DNA of 64,000 bases from Casimicrobiaceae bacterium (GCA_035430095.1 DAOMGB010000007.1:15267-79266), one strand, 5' to 3'; positions 27,302 through 39,843 are shown, counted from the stretch's first letter. The notes: generated from the sequence alone by a model not told the origin. Numbers and translations: made by a program.

Positions 27302-30169
27302 CTAAGCCGTCTTCGCCTTTGCCTTTCCTGCGGCGGGCTTCTTCGCGGCAGGTTTCCTCGCCGCGGGCGGCTTTGCCGCAGGCTTGGCGGCGGTCCTGGT
27401 CCTGGAAGTCTTCGCCGCGGGCTTGGCGGCAGGCACGTCGACCTCGGACTTCGTCGCTTTCTTCGCCGCCGTCCCGGCGGGTTTCCTGGCCTTGACGCCC
27501 TGCGGCTTGCCGGTCTTGGCGGCGAGGATCTCCAGCGCTTCCTCGAGCGTCAGTGTTTCTGCCTTTTCGCTGTCCGGCAGCGTCGCATTGACGGCGCCGT
27601 GCTTGACGTAGGGCCCGTACTTGCCGCTGTGCAATTCAACCGGCGCCTTGTCCCGGGGATGCGGGCCCAGCACCTTCAGCGCGGTTGACGGGCGGCCTCC
27701 GCGCGCGCGCGCCTTGGTCGGATCCTTCGCTTCGAATTCGAAGCCGACCTTGCCGTCCTTCTGCACGACGAGGAACGCCGAGAACGGCCTCCGCGTGCGT
27801 GATGAAATGAACTGCAGCAGGTCCGTCTTCTTCGTCGCCAGCAATTTCTCCATCTGCGCCCGTTCGACGGGCCGCTGCAGGATCATGCGACCCGAGCGGA
27901 AGTCGCAGGTCTTCTCGGGGCCGACGGCCTTTTCGCACACGTAGGCATTGGGCAATTCAAAGACGCGCGACGCGCACTTCGGACACGCACCCAACGGGGT
28001 CTGCGCCGAGAAATCCGGCGCCTCGCCATCCTCGGTGCCCAGGTCGTTGCCGAAGTCGAAGGTCACTTCGTTGGCGTCGGTGAGCTTCAACTTGGCCGAG
28101 AACGGCCGTCCCATCTTGCTGCGGAATCCGTCGAGAGGACCGATTTCGCGGTCCTTGATCAGCGTGTCGGCTTCCTGCGGTTCCAGCTGCCGCCCGCCCA
28201 GTATTTTCCAGAATGCGAAGTCGCACTTCGGGTTCATGCACTGGAATTTCTTGTACTTCTCGTGGATCTCACCGCTGCCGCACTTGGGGCAGGGATTGGA
28301 CAGCGTGGCGAAGTCGCCTGGTATGGTGTCGCTCTCGTAGCCCTTGGCCTGGCCGACGATGTGCTCGGTCATCGCCACGATCTCTTTCATGAACGTGTCG
28401 CGCGCGAGCTTGCCGTGCTCCATTTGCGCGAGCTTGAACTCCCACTCGGCGGTGAGCTCGGGCGAGAAGAGCTCGGGGACGCCCAGGCCGTGCAGCAGCG
28501 TCATCAGCGAAAACGCCTTGGCGGTCGGGACCAGCTCCTTCCCTTCGCGATAGATGTACCTTTCGGCAATCAGGCCTTCGATGATCGACGCGCGCGTCGC
28601 CGGCGTGCCGAGGCCCTTTTCGCGCATCGCCTCGCGCAGCTCGTCGTCCTCGATCAGCTTGCCCGCGCCTTCCATGGCCGACAGCAGCGTGCCTTCATTG
28701 AGCCTCGCGGGTGCGCGCGTGACCAGCGGCACGATATCGACCTTCTCCGTGGAGACCTTTTCGTTGGGCTTGACCGGGGCCAGCGTGGCTTCGTCCCCTT
28801 GCGCCTCCTTGCCGTAGACCGCGAGCCAGCCGGGCGACACCAGCACCTTGCCCTCGGTCTTGAATGGCTGCGATTCGACGCGCGTGATCCGCGTGGTCAG
28901 CAGGAATTCCGCCGGCGGGTAGAACACCGCCAGGAAACGACGGACCACGAGGTCGTAGAGCTTGGTCTCGATTTCATTCAGGCTCTTGGGCCGCGCGAGC
29001 GTGGGGATGATCGCGAAGTGGTCCGAGATCTTCGAGTTGTCGAAGATGCGCTTGTTGGGGCGAACCCATTTCTGCTTCAGAATCTCGCGCGCGAATCCGC
29101 CGAAGGCGTTGGACTCGCCCAGCTCCTCCATCGTGGCCTTCACGGTGGCGATGTAGTCCTCCGGCAGCGCGCGGGCGTCGGTCCGCGGATACGTGAGCAC
29201 CTTGTGCTTTTCGTAGAGCGCCTGGGCCAGCGACAGCGTGGTGCGCGCGGAAAAGCCGAACCGGCCGTTGGCCTCGCGCTGCAGGCTGGTGAGGTCGTAC
29301 AGGAGCGGCGCGCTTTGCGTGGAGGGCCTCGATTCCTCGGTGACGATTCCCGGCTTGCCGGCGGTGAGGCGGGCCAGTTCCTGCGCGCGCGCCTCGTCCC
29401 ACAGGCGCTCGGCGCGCGCATCGGGATCGTCGTCGATCTTCTTGAGCGATTCGTCGAACCAGCGCCCCGTGTATTCGCCGCCCGCGGCGCGGAAGGTGCC
29501 GACGAGCTCCCAATAGTTGCGCGGCCGGAATGCGCGAATCTTTTCCTCGCGCTCGACGAGGATGGCGAGCGTGGGCGTCTGCACGCGGCCGACGGTGGTC
29601 AGCTGGAAGCCGCCGGACTTGGAGTTGAAGGCGGTCATGGCCCGCGTGCCGTTGATGCCGACCAGCCAGTCGGATTCGGAGCGGCATACCGCCGCGTCGG
29701 CCAGCGGGAGCATGGCTTCGTCGCTTCGCAACTCCGCGAAGCCGTCGCGAATCGCCGCCGGCGTCATCGACTGCAGCCAGAGGCGCTTGATGGGCTTGCC
29801 CGACTTGGCGAACTGCACGATGTTGCGGAAGATGAGCTCGCCCTCGCGGCCGGCATCGCAGGCGTTGATCAGCGACGTCACGTCCTTGCGCTTGATCAGC
29901 TTCAGAAGCGTCTTGAGGCGCGCCTCGTTCTTCTCGATGGGCTTCAGCGCGAACTTCGACGGCAGCGCAGGAAGGTGCGCGAAAGTCCACTTGCCCCGCT
30001 TGACCTCTTCCTCCTCGGGCATGCCGATCTCGAGCAGGTGCCCGACCGCCGAAGAAATGACGTGCTTGTCGCCCTCGAAATAGTCGGCGTGCTTGGTGAG
30101 ACCGCCCAGTGCGCGCGCGATGTCGGCGGCGACGGAAGGTTTCTCGGCAATGATGAGGCTCTTGGACAC
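27302..30169 (-). CDS. topB: Type IA DNA topoisomerase (TopB/topoisomerase III-like) with C-terminal repeats and AKP-rich tail
   Basis: IIAEKPSVA, ACDAGREGELIF, TVGRVQTPTL, TYPRTD (catalytic Tyr) and GLGTPATRA motifs; GTG start at 30169. Confidence 0.93.
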   Translation of the reverse strand: MSKSLIIAEKPSVAADIARALGGLTKHADYFEGDKHVISSAVGHLLEIGMPEEEEVKRGKWTFAHLPALPSKFALKPIEKNEARLKTLLKLIKRKDVTSLINACDAGREGELIFRNIVQFAKSGKPIKRLWLQSMTPAAIRDGFAELRSDEAMLPLADAAVCRSESDWLVGINGTRAMTAFNSKSGGFQLTTVGRVQTPTLAILVEREEKIRAFRPRNYWELVGTFRAAGGEYTGRWFDESLKKIDDDPDARAERLWDEARAQELARLTAGKPGIVTEESRPSTQSAPLLYDLTSLQREANGRFGFSARTTLSLAQALYEKHKVLTYPRTDARALPEDYIATVKATMEELGESNAFGGFAREILKQKWVRPNKRIFDNSKISDHFAIIPTLARPKSLNEIETKLYDLVVRRFLAVFYPPAEFLLTTRITRVESQPFKTEGKVLVSPGWLAVYGKEAQGDEATLAPVKPNEKVSTEKVDIVPLVTRAPARLNEGTLLSAMEGAGKLIEDDELREAMREKGLGTPATRASIIEGLIAERYIYREGKELVPTAKAFSLMTLLHGLGVPELFSPELTAEWEFKLAQMEHGKLARDTFMKEIVAMTEHIVGQAKGYESDTIPGDFATLSNPCPKCGSGEIHEKYKKFQCMNPKCDFAFWKILGGRQLEPQEADTLIKDREIGPLDGFRSKMGRPFSAKLKLTDANEVTFDFGNDLGTEDGEAPDFSAQTPLGACPKCASRVFELPNAYVCEKAVGPEKTCDFRSGRMILQRPVERAQMEKLLATKKTDLLQFISSRTRRPFSAFLVVQKDGKVGFEFEAKDPTKARARGGRPSTALKVLGPHPRDKAPVELHSGKYGPYVKHGAVNATLPDSEKAETLTLEEALEILAAKTGKPQGVKARKPAGTAAKKATKSEVDVPAAKPAAKTSRTRTAAKPAAKPPAARKPAAKKPAAGKAKAKTA

Positions 30170-30273
30170 GGGGCTCAGGGCAATTGGGGGCGGCAGGGGC
30201 CGTTGCAAAGGGACGCCGATACTAACCGGGGTGGTATGACGCCGGCAAGGAAAGGAATACTTGCGCAATCCCG

Positions 30274-30322
30274 ACGCGCACGCGTATACGCGGGCGTGCG
30301 CGCATGCGCGCGGGCGCGCGCA
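30274..30322. other. Alternating purine/pyrimidine tract (Z-DNA-prone) upstream of topB
   Basis: ACGCGCACGCGTATACGCG-G-GCGTGCGCGCATGCGCGCG-G-GCGCGCGCA; 47 of 49 positions alternate in one phase. Confidence 0.7.
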
Positions 30323-30385
30323 AGGCAGCGATATCCATGCCGGCGGGCGCGCGACAAAACGGATATTCGGCGAAGTTAGCCGAAG

Positions 30386-31477
30386 TTAGAAGAGACGCTG
30401 CCACAGTCCGCCCGGAACCGGCGCGACCCGCCCGTCGAGTTCTAGCCGCGTGAGCGTTGCCATGACGACGTCTGTGGTCATCCCGGTATGCTCGACCAGA
30501 CGGTCCACCCCGACGGGATCGCCGCCAAGCGCGGCCAATAGCTTGCCTTCATCGGGGCTGGATGCGCTCGCGACGTCGCTTGCGGCACCGGCACCGGATC
30601 CACCCATGCCGAGTTCCTCGAGGATGTCCTGCGCCGTTTGGACAAGCTTCGCTCCTTCGCGGATCAGCTTGTGGCATCCCTTGGACAGCGGTGAATGGAT
30701 CGAGCCGGGAATGGCGAACACTTCGCGGCCCTGCTCGCCCGCATAACGCGCGGTGATGAGCGACCCCGAGGACAGTGCGGCCTCGACCACCAGCACGCCG
30801 CGGGCAAGTCCGCTGATCAGACGGTTGCGGCGCGGAAAGTTCGTGTCCCTCGGCGGCGTGCCGGGCGGAAACTCCGAAAGCAGGCCACCGTGCTCGGCGA
30901 TGCAATGCGCGAGGTCGCGATTGACCGCCGGATACACCCGGTCGAGACCGGTGCCGACCACCGCCAGCGTGCTGCCTTGCGCAGCCAACGCGCCTTCATG
31001 CGCTGCGGCGTCGACGCCAACGGCCAGGCCCGACACCACGGTGAGCCCCGCTTGCGAAAGCGCATGCGCGAAGGCCCGTGCGTTGGCCGCACCCTGCGCG
31101 GTCGCGTTGCGGCTGCCAACCACCGCCAATGCGGGACGGTTGAGCAATTCCCGGCGGCCGACGAAAAACAACGCGGGAGGCGAATATCCCAGGTCAAGCA
31201 GGGCGCGCGGATAATCCGGGTCGTCCCAGGCGATGATTTCGTGCGATGGGTCGCCGAGCCATTCGCGGGTCGCCGCCAGGGCGTCGGGGTCGACCGGCGC
31301 CTGCACCCGGGCCGCGATCGAATCCGGAACCACGGCGCAAAGCGCCGCGCGGGTCGCGGCGAGTACCGCATCGGGGTTGCCGAACGCGCGCAGCAGCGCC
31401 ACCAGCGCCTGGTGGGGCAACGCCTTGAGCGACAGCGTCGCCCAGGCCTCCGGGGTCGAGGTGGCGACGGACATCAT
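30386..31477 (-). CDS. dprA: DNA-processing protein DprA
   Basis: AVVGSRNAT, VSGLAVGVD, FPRRNRLISGL, SGSLITA and GCHKLIREGA motifs. Confidence 0.96.
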   Translation of the reverse strand: MMSVATSTPEAWATLSLKALPHQALVALLRAFGNPDAVLAATRAALCAVVPDSIAARVQAPVDPDALAATREWLGDPSHEIIAWDDPDYPRALLDLGYSPPALFFVGRRELLNRPALAVVGSRNATAQGAANARAFAHALSQAGLTVVSGLAVGVDAAAHEGALAAQGSTLAVVGTGLDRVYPAVNRDLAHCIAEHGGLLSEFPPGTPPRDTNFPRRNRLISGLARGVLVVEAALSSGSLITARYAGEQGREVFAIPGSIHSPLSKGCHKLIREGAKLVQTAQDILEELGMGGSGAGAASDVASASSPDEGKLLAALGGDPVGVDRLVEHTGMTTDVVMATLTRLELDGRVAPVPGGLWQRLF

Positions 31478-31558
31478 TGAATGATGGACGGCGGAGGGGG
31501 TCCGCCGCCATTGGCCCAACGGCCGAACCGCGGCCGCGATGATCCGATGGACTTTGGC

Positions 31559-32671
31559 CTAAGGCGTGCGGGCGAAATCGCCGGGACGCACCGGATCCGT
31601 GGTGTTCAGCAGGATCGCGTAGGACACGTATTCGAACACGCGGAACACGAACATGAGCCCGATCCGCTCGTCTGCGGGCGTGACCAGAACCTGCGGCGTG
31701 AACACCTTGGTCGGCTCGAGGAAGCGCAGGATCGCCGTCTGCTGCTTGCTGGGGCGCGGGTCTTCGATGGGTTCGATGTAGCGATAGACCGCCAGCACGT
31801 TGCCCCGCTCCAGGCCATCGGCGCTGCCCTTGTCGATGAGGACGACACTGCCGCGTCCCGTCTCGGTGTTGGTGAACGGAACCTGCAGGATCCGTGCGTC
31901 GATCGCCTTGTCCGGCGCGCGCGGCATGTAGTTGTTGACGGCGGAGCGCGGGGCCGGAACCAAGCGGTCGCCGAGCATCACTTCCTGGGCGGCGGTCTCG
32001 ATCCGAACCGTGGCCAGTTCGCCGAATTTCTCGACCCGACCGGTGCCGATGAACTTGCTCTCGTAACCCAGCACGTTGTTGGCGTCGAAGCTGTTGATCG
32101 GCGGACCCGGACGGTAGATGAACCAGTAGTCGCCGGCCTTGGCGTCGAGCCCCGCCACGTACACGACGTCGCCTTCGCCGCGAACCATGCGGGCCGGCTG
32201 GCGTCCGGAAATGATTTCCGCGGTATCGGCCAGGCCGTTGGGCCCGGTCACCAGGTTCTTCGTGAGGTAAGGCTCGATGTCGCCCGGCGGAATGGACGGG
32301 ATGACGTCGGGGTCGAACGACGAGGCGCGCACGGACGGGAGCACGCGCACGCCGTTGCGCATCAGCGTCAGTTGAGGCTTTCCATCGACGTAGTCCAGCT
32401 TGATCACGTCGCCCGGATAAATGAGGTGCGGGTTCTTGATCTGGTCGCGGTTGAGCCGCCAGATATCGGGCCAGCGCCAGGGATCCTTGAGGAACTTGCC
32501 TGAAATGCCCCACAGCGTGTCGCCTTTTTGCACCGTGTAGGTCGAAGGCGCGTTGTCCGCCATGCGGATTTCCGCGGGATTCTGGGCGAACGCGGGCGCG
32601 CCGAAGGCAAGCATGCCCGCCGCAGCCACGACCGCGAGAAGGTGTTTCGCTGTGTTAAACTGTTGAACCAT
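31559..32671 (-). CDS. LysM peptidoglycan-binding protein (TsaP-like)
   Basis: Signal peptide, YTVQKGDTLWGIS...WPDIW...NPHLIYPGD; conserved def/LysM/dprA synteny. Confidence 0.9.
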   Translation of the reverse strand: MVQQFNTAKHLLAVVAAAGMLAFGAPAFAQNPAEIRMADNAPSTYTVQKGDTLWGISGKFLKDPWRWPDIWRLNRDQIKNPHLIYPGDVIKLDYVDGKPQLTLMRNGVRVLPSVRASSFDPDVIPSIPPGDIEPYLTKNLVTGPNGLADTAEIISGRQPARMVRGEGDVVYVAGLDAKAGDYWFIYRPGPPINSFDANNVLGYESKFIGTGRVEKFGELATVRIETAAQEVMLGDRLVPAPRSAVNNYMPRAPDKAIDARILQVPFTNTETGRGSVVLIDKGSADGLERGNVLAVYRYIEPIEDPRPSKQQTAILRFLEPTKVFTPQVLVTPADERIGLMFVFRVFEYVSYAILLNTTDPVRPGDFARTP

Positions 32672-32772
32672 AACGGCTCTTCCTGTTCGGGCGGCCCTTG
32701 CTAACGTCCTAAACCGCCGCAAAATAAGGACTTAAGACGGATTCTGCATCCGGCACCTGCATTTGGCAAGCT

Positions 32773-33276
32773 ATGGCGCTACTTCCCATACTGGAATACC
32801 CCGACCCGCGTCTCAAAAAAGTCGCGGCGGCGGTCACGGACTTCACTCCCGACGTGGTGCGGCTCGTCCGGGACATGGCCGAGACCATGTATGCCGCGCC
32901 GGGGATCGGCCTGGCCGCGACCCAGGTCGACGTCCACAAGCGAATCATCGTCATCGACACCTCCGACGCCCGGGACGACCTGGTCGTCCTGGTCAATCCC
33001 GAAATCATCAGCGCCTCCGGCGAAATCGAATGTGAAGAGGGATGCCTGTCGGTCCCCGGCTATTACGACAAGGTTGTCCGTGCGGCCCGGATCACCGTCC
33101 GCGCCCGAACCGAGCATGGCGAAGCTTTCGAGCGAACGGCGGAGGACATGCTCGCCGTATGCATGCAGCACGAAATGGACCATCTGGTCGGCAGGATGTT
33201 CGTCGATTACCTTTCGCCCCTGAAGCGCGCCAGGCTGAAGCAGAAACAGCGCAAGAAACAGCGGCTCGCGGGTTGA
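32773..33276 (+). CDS. def: Peptide deformylase
   Basis: GIGLAATQ, EGCLS and QHEMDH motifs. Confidence 0.98.
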   Translation: MALLPILEYPDPRLKKVAAAVTDFTPDVVRLVRDMAETMYAAPGIGLAATQVDVHKRIIVIDTSDARDDLVVLVNPEIISASGEIECEEGCLSVPGYYDKVVRAARITVRARTEHGEAFERTAEDMLAVCMQHEMDHLVGRMFVDYLSPLKRARLKQKQRKKQRLAG

Positions 33277-33321
33277 GCCCGGCTTGCCCCCCGATTTGAA
33301 TTCTCCTCGCGGCATCCCCCG

Positions 33322-34269
33322 ATGAGGGTCGGCTTTGCCGGCACGCCCGCCTTCGCTGCCTTGGCGCTCGAGGCGCTCATCGCGGGCGGGTTCGAGGTTC
33401 CTCTGGTGCTGACCCAGCCGGACCGGCCCAAGGGCCGCGGGCTGAATGCCGAGCCTTCTCCGGTCAAGCGCGTTGCGGCGAATCGCGGCCTGACCGTATT
33501 CCAGCCGGCCACGCTCAAGACCCCTGAAGCGCGGGCGCCCGTGCTCGCCATTCCCGTCGATGTGCTGGTGGTTGCCGCGTATGGGTTGATTCTGCCGTCC
33601 GCCGTCTTGGCCTGGCCTCGCTTAGGTTGCATCAATATCCACGCGTCCAGGCTCCCGCGTTGGCGCGGCGCCGCGCCCATCCAGCGTGCAATCGAGGCAG
33701 GAGATGTCCGGACCGGGGTCACGATCATGCACATGGATGCCGGACTGGACACCGGACCGATGATCGAGTGCATCGATGTCGAGATCGCGCCGCGCGAGAC
33801 TGCCGGTACGCTGCATGCCAAGCTGGCGGCCGTCGGCGCGCGCGCGATCATCGGGGTGCTGATCCGGATCGCGCGCGATGGAGCGATCCACGCCGAGCCG
33901 CAGCCCGCGCTCGGCGCAACCTATGCCGGCAAGGTGGGACGCGCGGACGCCGCCATCGACTGGTCGCGTTCGGCGGACGCCATCGATCGGCAGGTCCGGG
34001 CATTCGATCCGGTGCCCGGCGCCGCAACCGAGTTCGAGGGTCAGGGCGTCAAGATCTGGCGGGCGGAGCCCGGATCGCCGGCGCCCGATGCCCCCGCGGG
34101 GACGATTGTCGCTGCCGGCAAGGATGGCATCACCGTCGCCTGCGGCGGCGGCACGCTGCGCGTGCTCGAAGTGCAGCCAGCCAATGGCAAGCGCATGACT
34201 GCGTCGGCGTTCGCCGCCGGTCACGGCGTCGTGCCGGGTTGCCGCTTCGGGCCCGCCGCGGGTCGCTGA
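33322..34269 (+). CDS. fmt: Methionyl-tRNA formyltransferase
   Basis: FAGTP, TQPDRP, INIHASRLPRWRGAAPIQ and LDTG motifs. Confidence 0.98.
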   Translation: MRVGFAGTPAFAALALEALIAGGFEVPLVLTQPDRPKGRGLNAEPSPVKRVAANRGLTVFQPATLKTPEARAPVLAIPVDVLVVAAYGLILPSAVLAWPRLGCINIHASRLPRWRGAAPIQRAIEAGDVRTGVTIMHMDAGLDTGPMIECIDVEIAPRETAGTLHAKLAAVGARAIIGVLIRIARDGAIHAEPQPALGATYAGKVGRADAAIDWSRSADAIDRQVRAFDPVPGAATEFEGQGVKIWRAEPGSPAPDAPAGTIVAAGKDGITVACGGGTLRVLEVQPANGKRMTASAFAAGHGVVPGCRFGPAAGR

Positions 34270-34283
34270 CCGCCTTCCCGCGC

Positions 34284-35582
34284 ATGCAAATCGAGCAGCA
34301 GCAGGCGGCACGTGCCGTCCGACTCGTATTCGAGGGCAAGACGTTGCCGGCTGCGCTGGCCGCCGTCGACGACGGTTCGGCATTGCGCGGGCGCACGTTG
34401 GTGCAGGAATTGGCCTACGGAACGCTCAGGCACTGGGGTCGCTACGACGCGCTCACCCGCATGCTCGCCGCCAAGCCGATCGCGGATGCGAGCCTCGCCG
34501 CGCTGATTGCCGTTGCGCTCTATCAGCTCGACCACACGACGGCGCCCACGTTCGCGGTCGTCGACCGCGCGGTCGAGGCCGCGGCACTCGTTGCGCGCCC
34601 GCAGGCCAAGTCGCTGGTCAACGCCATGCTCCGCCGCTACCTGCGAGACCGCGAGGCGCTGAACGCGAAGGCGGTCGCGTCGAGTCCGGTTGCGCACTGG
34701 TCCTATCCCCGCTGGTGGATCGGCCGGGTCGAGGCCGACCATCCGCAGCATTGGCAGCAGGTCCTCGCGGTGGGCAACGAGCGTCCTCCGCTCACGTTGC
34801 GCGTCAATCGTCGCGCCGGCACCCGCGAAGCGCTTCTCGCGCGATTCGCCGAGAACGGCATCGCGGCTGTCCCCGCAGGCGCACAGGGGCTGATCGTCGA
34901 GCCGCCGCAGCCCGTGTCCGCATTGCCCGGATACGCCGAGGGGATGTTCTCGGTCCAGGACTTGGGCGCGCAGTTGGCCGCCCCCATGCTCGCAGCGGGT
35001 GACGGGATGCGCGTGCTGGACGCCTGCGCGGCGCCAGGCGGAAAGGCTTCTCACCTGCTCGAGCTGGCCGACGTCGAACTCGTGGCGCTCGATCGCGACG
35101 AGGCCCGGCTCGCGCGCGTGCGCGAGAACATCGCGCGACTCGGCTTGTCGCAATCTCGGCTCGTGGTCATTGCCGGGGACGCGGGCGAACCGCAATCCTG
35201 GTGGGACGGTCGCCGATTCGACCGGATCCTGGCCGACGTCCCGTGTACCGCCTCGGGCATCGTGAGAAGGCACCCCGACGCCAAGTGGCTCCGCCGCAAG
35301 TCCGACCTGGCCGATCTCGCGGTCCAGCAGCGGCGAATCCTCAAGGCGCTGTGGCCGCTGCTTGCCCCCGGAGGATTCCTCCTTTACGCGACGTGTTCGG
35401 TCTTTGCGGGCGAAAACGAGGGTCGGATACGCGAATTCCTGGCGCAAACACCCGATGCGTTGCGGGAAACCATCACGTTCGGCCCGGAAATTCCGCATGA
35501 CGAGGGCCAACTCTTGCCATCCGGGAAGGGCTCGCGCCACAATCAGGACGGTTTCTTCTACGCGCTGCTCCGAAAGGTCTGA
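34284..35582 (+). CDS. rsmB: 16S rRNA m5C967 methyltransferase
   Basis: NusB-like N-terminus, VQD, DACAAPGGK, DVPCTASG, YATCS and DGFFYA motifs. Confidence 0.96.
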   Translation: MQIEQQQAARAVRLVFEGKTLPAALAAVDDGSALRGRTLVQELAYGTLRHWGRYDALTRMLAAKPIADASLAALIAVALYQLDHTTAPTFAVVDRAVEAAALVARPQAKSLVNAMLRRYLRDREALNAKAVASSPVAHWSYPRWWIGRVEADHPQHWQQVLAVGNERPPLTLRVNRRAGTREALLARFAENGIAAVPAGAQGLIVEPPQPVSALPGYAEGMFSVQDLGAQLAAPMLAAGDGMRVLDACAAPGGKASHLLELADVELVALDRDEARLARVRENIARLGLSQSRLVVIAGDAGEPQSWWDGRRFDRILADVPCTASGIVRRHPDAKWLRRKSDLADLAVQQRRILKALWPLLAPGGFLLYATCSVFAGENEGRIREFLAQTPDALRETITFGPEIPHDEGQLLPSGKGSRHNQDGFFYALLRKV

Positions 35583-35662
35583 CGCGGGCTATTCCCCGGC
35601 GTCGAATTGGCGGCGCTTTGGCGCCCCACGCCGACGGACCAGATCAGCGACAAGTCCCCGGC

Positions 35663-36321
35663 ATGCCGTTCGCGCTTTCGATCCCTGCCCTGTTCCGCAC
35701 GCCGCCGACCCCGCGCCGGCGGTTGGAACGCTTGTTCCCGAAGGCGCACCTCGCGACGCTCCTGGCGGCGGTGCGCAGCGGAATGGTGGCGGTCTGGGTC
35801 GTCGCGGCGGTCGGGCTCGTCGCGGCGCAGCACGCCCGAGCCGACACCATCGCCGTCAAGGCGGCGGAACTGCGCATCGAAGAGGGCGAAGTCCTGCTCA
35901 ATGCGGAATTCGAGTTTTCGCTGAATCCCACGCTCGAAGATGCGCTGCAAAAGGGCATCCCCCTCTACTTCCTCATCGATTTCGAGCTGACCCGGGGACG
36001 CTGGTACTGGCTGGATGAAAAGGTCGCGCAGACGGCGCTGGTCTACCGAGTCTCGTACAACGCGCTCACCCGGCAGTACCGCGTCGCGAGCGGACTGCTC
36101 ACGCAGGCATTCAATTCGCTGGAAGAGGTAGAGCGATTCATCGGCCGGATCACGTCGCGGCCCGTGGCGCCGGCCGACGCGCTGAGCAAGGGCACCAAGT
36201 ACGAAGCGGCCGTGCGCCTGCGCCTGGACGTCAACCAGCTGCCCAAGCCCTTCCAGGTGAGCGCGCTCGCCAATCGCGAGTGGACGCTCGCCTCCGAATG
36301 GCAACGCTGGAGCTTCACGCC

Positions 36322-36325
<4 letters not shown>
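35663..36325 (+). CDS. DUF4390 family periplasmic protein (NtrZ-like; start uncertain, may be 35783)
   Basis: LEDAL-x-KGIPL, RWYWLD, YNALTRQY and LPKPFQ motifs; lies between rsmB and ntrY. Confidence 0.85.
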
Positions 36326-38496
<2,171 letters not shown>

Positions 38497-38507
38497 CGGA
38501 ACGGAAC

Positions 38508-39794
38508 ATGGCGCCGCTCAAGGAAATACTGATCGTCGACGACGAAGTCGGCATCCGCGAACTCCTGTCCGAAATCCTGGAGGACGAGGGCTATCGGGTC
38601 GCCACCGCGGAGAATGCCGGCGAAGCGCGCGCCTACCGGCTGCGCCAGCAGCCCGCGCTCGTGCTGCTGGACATCTGGATGCCGGATACGGACGGCGTGA
38701 CGCTGCTGCGCGAGTGGGCGGGAAACGGCCTCCTCACGATGCCGGTGGTGATGATGTCGGGACACGGGACGATCGAGACCGCGGTCGACGCCACCAAGAT
38801 CGGCGCCTTCGATTTCCTGGAAAAACCTATCGGCCTGGCCAAGCTGCTCGCGACGATCGCGCGGGCGTTCAAGGTCGCATCGGCGCCGGAGCCGCGCCAC
38901 GTTTCGCTGGCCGCACTGGGCGCCGGCGCTGCCGTGCGCGAGACCGAGCGCGCGCTGGACCAGCTTGTCGCGTCGCGTCGCGCGATCCTGATCGTCGGCG
39001 AGCCCGGGGCCGGGCAGGACATCGCCGCGCGCGCGCTGCAGATGCCGGACGCGCCCTGGATTTCGCTGGCCAACGGGCAGCGTCTCGCGGCGAATCCGCT
39101 CGCGTTGATCGAGGAGGCGCACGAAGGCGCGCTCTACTGCGCGGAGATCGGGCAATACACCAAGGCGGAGCAGAAGGGCCTGTCGTTCCTCCTGCCCAAG
39201 CTCGAAAAGCACAACGTCACGCTGGTCTGCACCAGCGCCGAGCCGCTGGGCAACCTCGCCGCCGAAGGAAGATTCGACGCGGCACTGCTCGCGGAATTGT
39301 CCTCGGGCGCGGTCATGCTGCCGCCGCTGCGCACGCGGCGCGAGGACATTCCACCGCTGATCGAGCGGTTCTGGCGCGACGCGAACAAGGGCTCCGCGAC
39401 GCCGTCGCTGCTCTCCGCGTTGCCGCCGGCGGCGCTGACAGCGCTCTCGAGCGCGCATTGGCCTGGCAATCTCGATCACCTGGCGGCAGTCGTGCAGAAT
39501 CTGGTTCTGCTGCGCGGCGAAGTCACGCCGGACCTGGTCAAGCGCCTCCTTGGCGAGGCGGTCGCGCCCAACCCGTCGCTCGCGCCCGAGATCACGGCGC
39601 GCTTCTTCGAACTCCCGCTGCGCGAGGCGCGCGAAGCTTTCGAGCGCATCTATTTCGAGCAGCTGCTGGGCAAGGAGCAAAGCAACATGAGCAAGGTCGC
39701 GGAAAGGGCGGGGCTCGAGCGCACGCACCTCTATCGCAAGCTCAAGCAGCTCAACATCCGCTTTTCGCGCCGCACGGACGAACCGGCGAGCTGA
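38508..39794 (+). CDS. ntrX: NtrX-like response regulator (REC, degenerate AAA+, Fis HTH)
   Basis: ILIVDDE, LLDIWMPDTDG, MSGHGTIETAV, WPGN and ERTHLYRKLK motifs. Confidence 0.88.
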   Translation: MAPLKEILIVDDEVGIRELLSEILEDEGYRVATAENAGEARAYRLRQQPALVLLDIWMPDTDGVTLLREWAGNGLLTMPVVMMSGHGTIETAVDATKIGAFDFLEKPIGLAKLLATIARAFKVASAPEPRHVSLAALGAGAAVRETERALDQLVASRRAILIVGEPGAGQDIAARALQMPDAPWISLANGQRLAANPLALIEEAHEGALYCAEIGQYTKAEQKGLSFLLPKLEKHNVTLVCTSAEPLGNLAAEGRFDAALLAELSSGAVMLPPLRTRREDIPPLIERFWRDANKGSATPSLLSALPPAALTALSSAHWPGNLDHLAAVVQNLVLLRGEVTPDLVKRLLGEAVAPNPSLAPEITARFFELPLREAREAFERIYFEQLLGKEQSNMSKVAERAGLERTHLYRKLKQLNIRFSRRTDEPAS

Positions 39795-39843
39795 GCGCAA
39801 GCCGAGCGCGACGCGACAGCAACGTCCGGACAACCTGAATTCC

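Noticed and set aside
33627..34283. N-terminal extensions of RsmB (also ParA, ParB, DnaA, ALDH, TIR protein, MutM)
   Set aside because: Artefacts of taking the most upstream start codon; family motifs begin at downstream starts.
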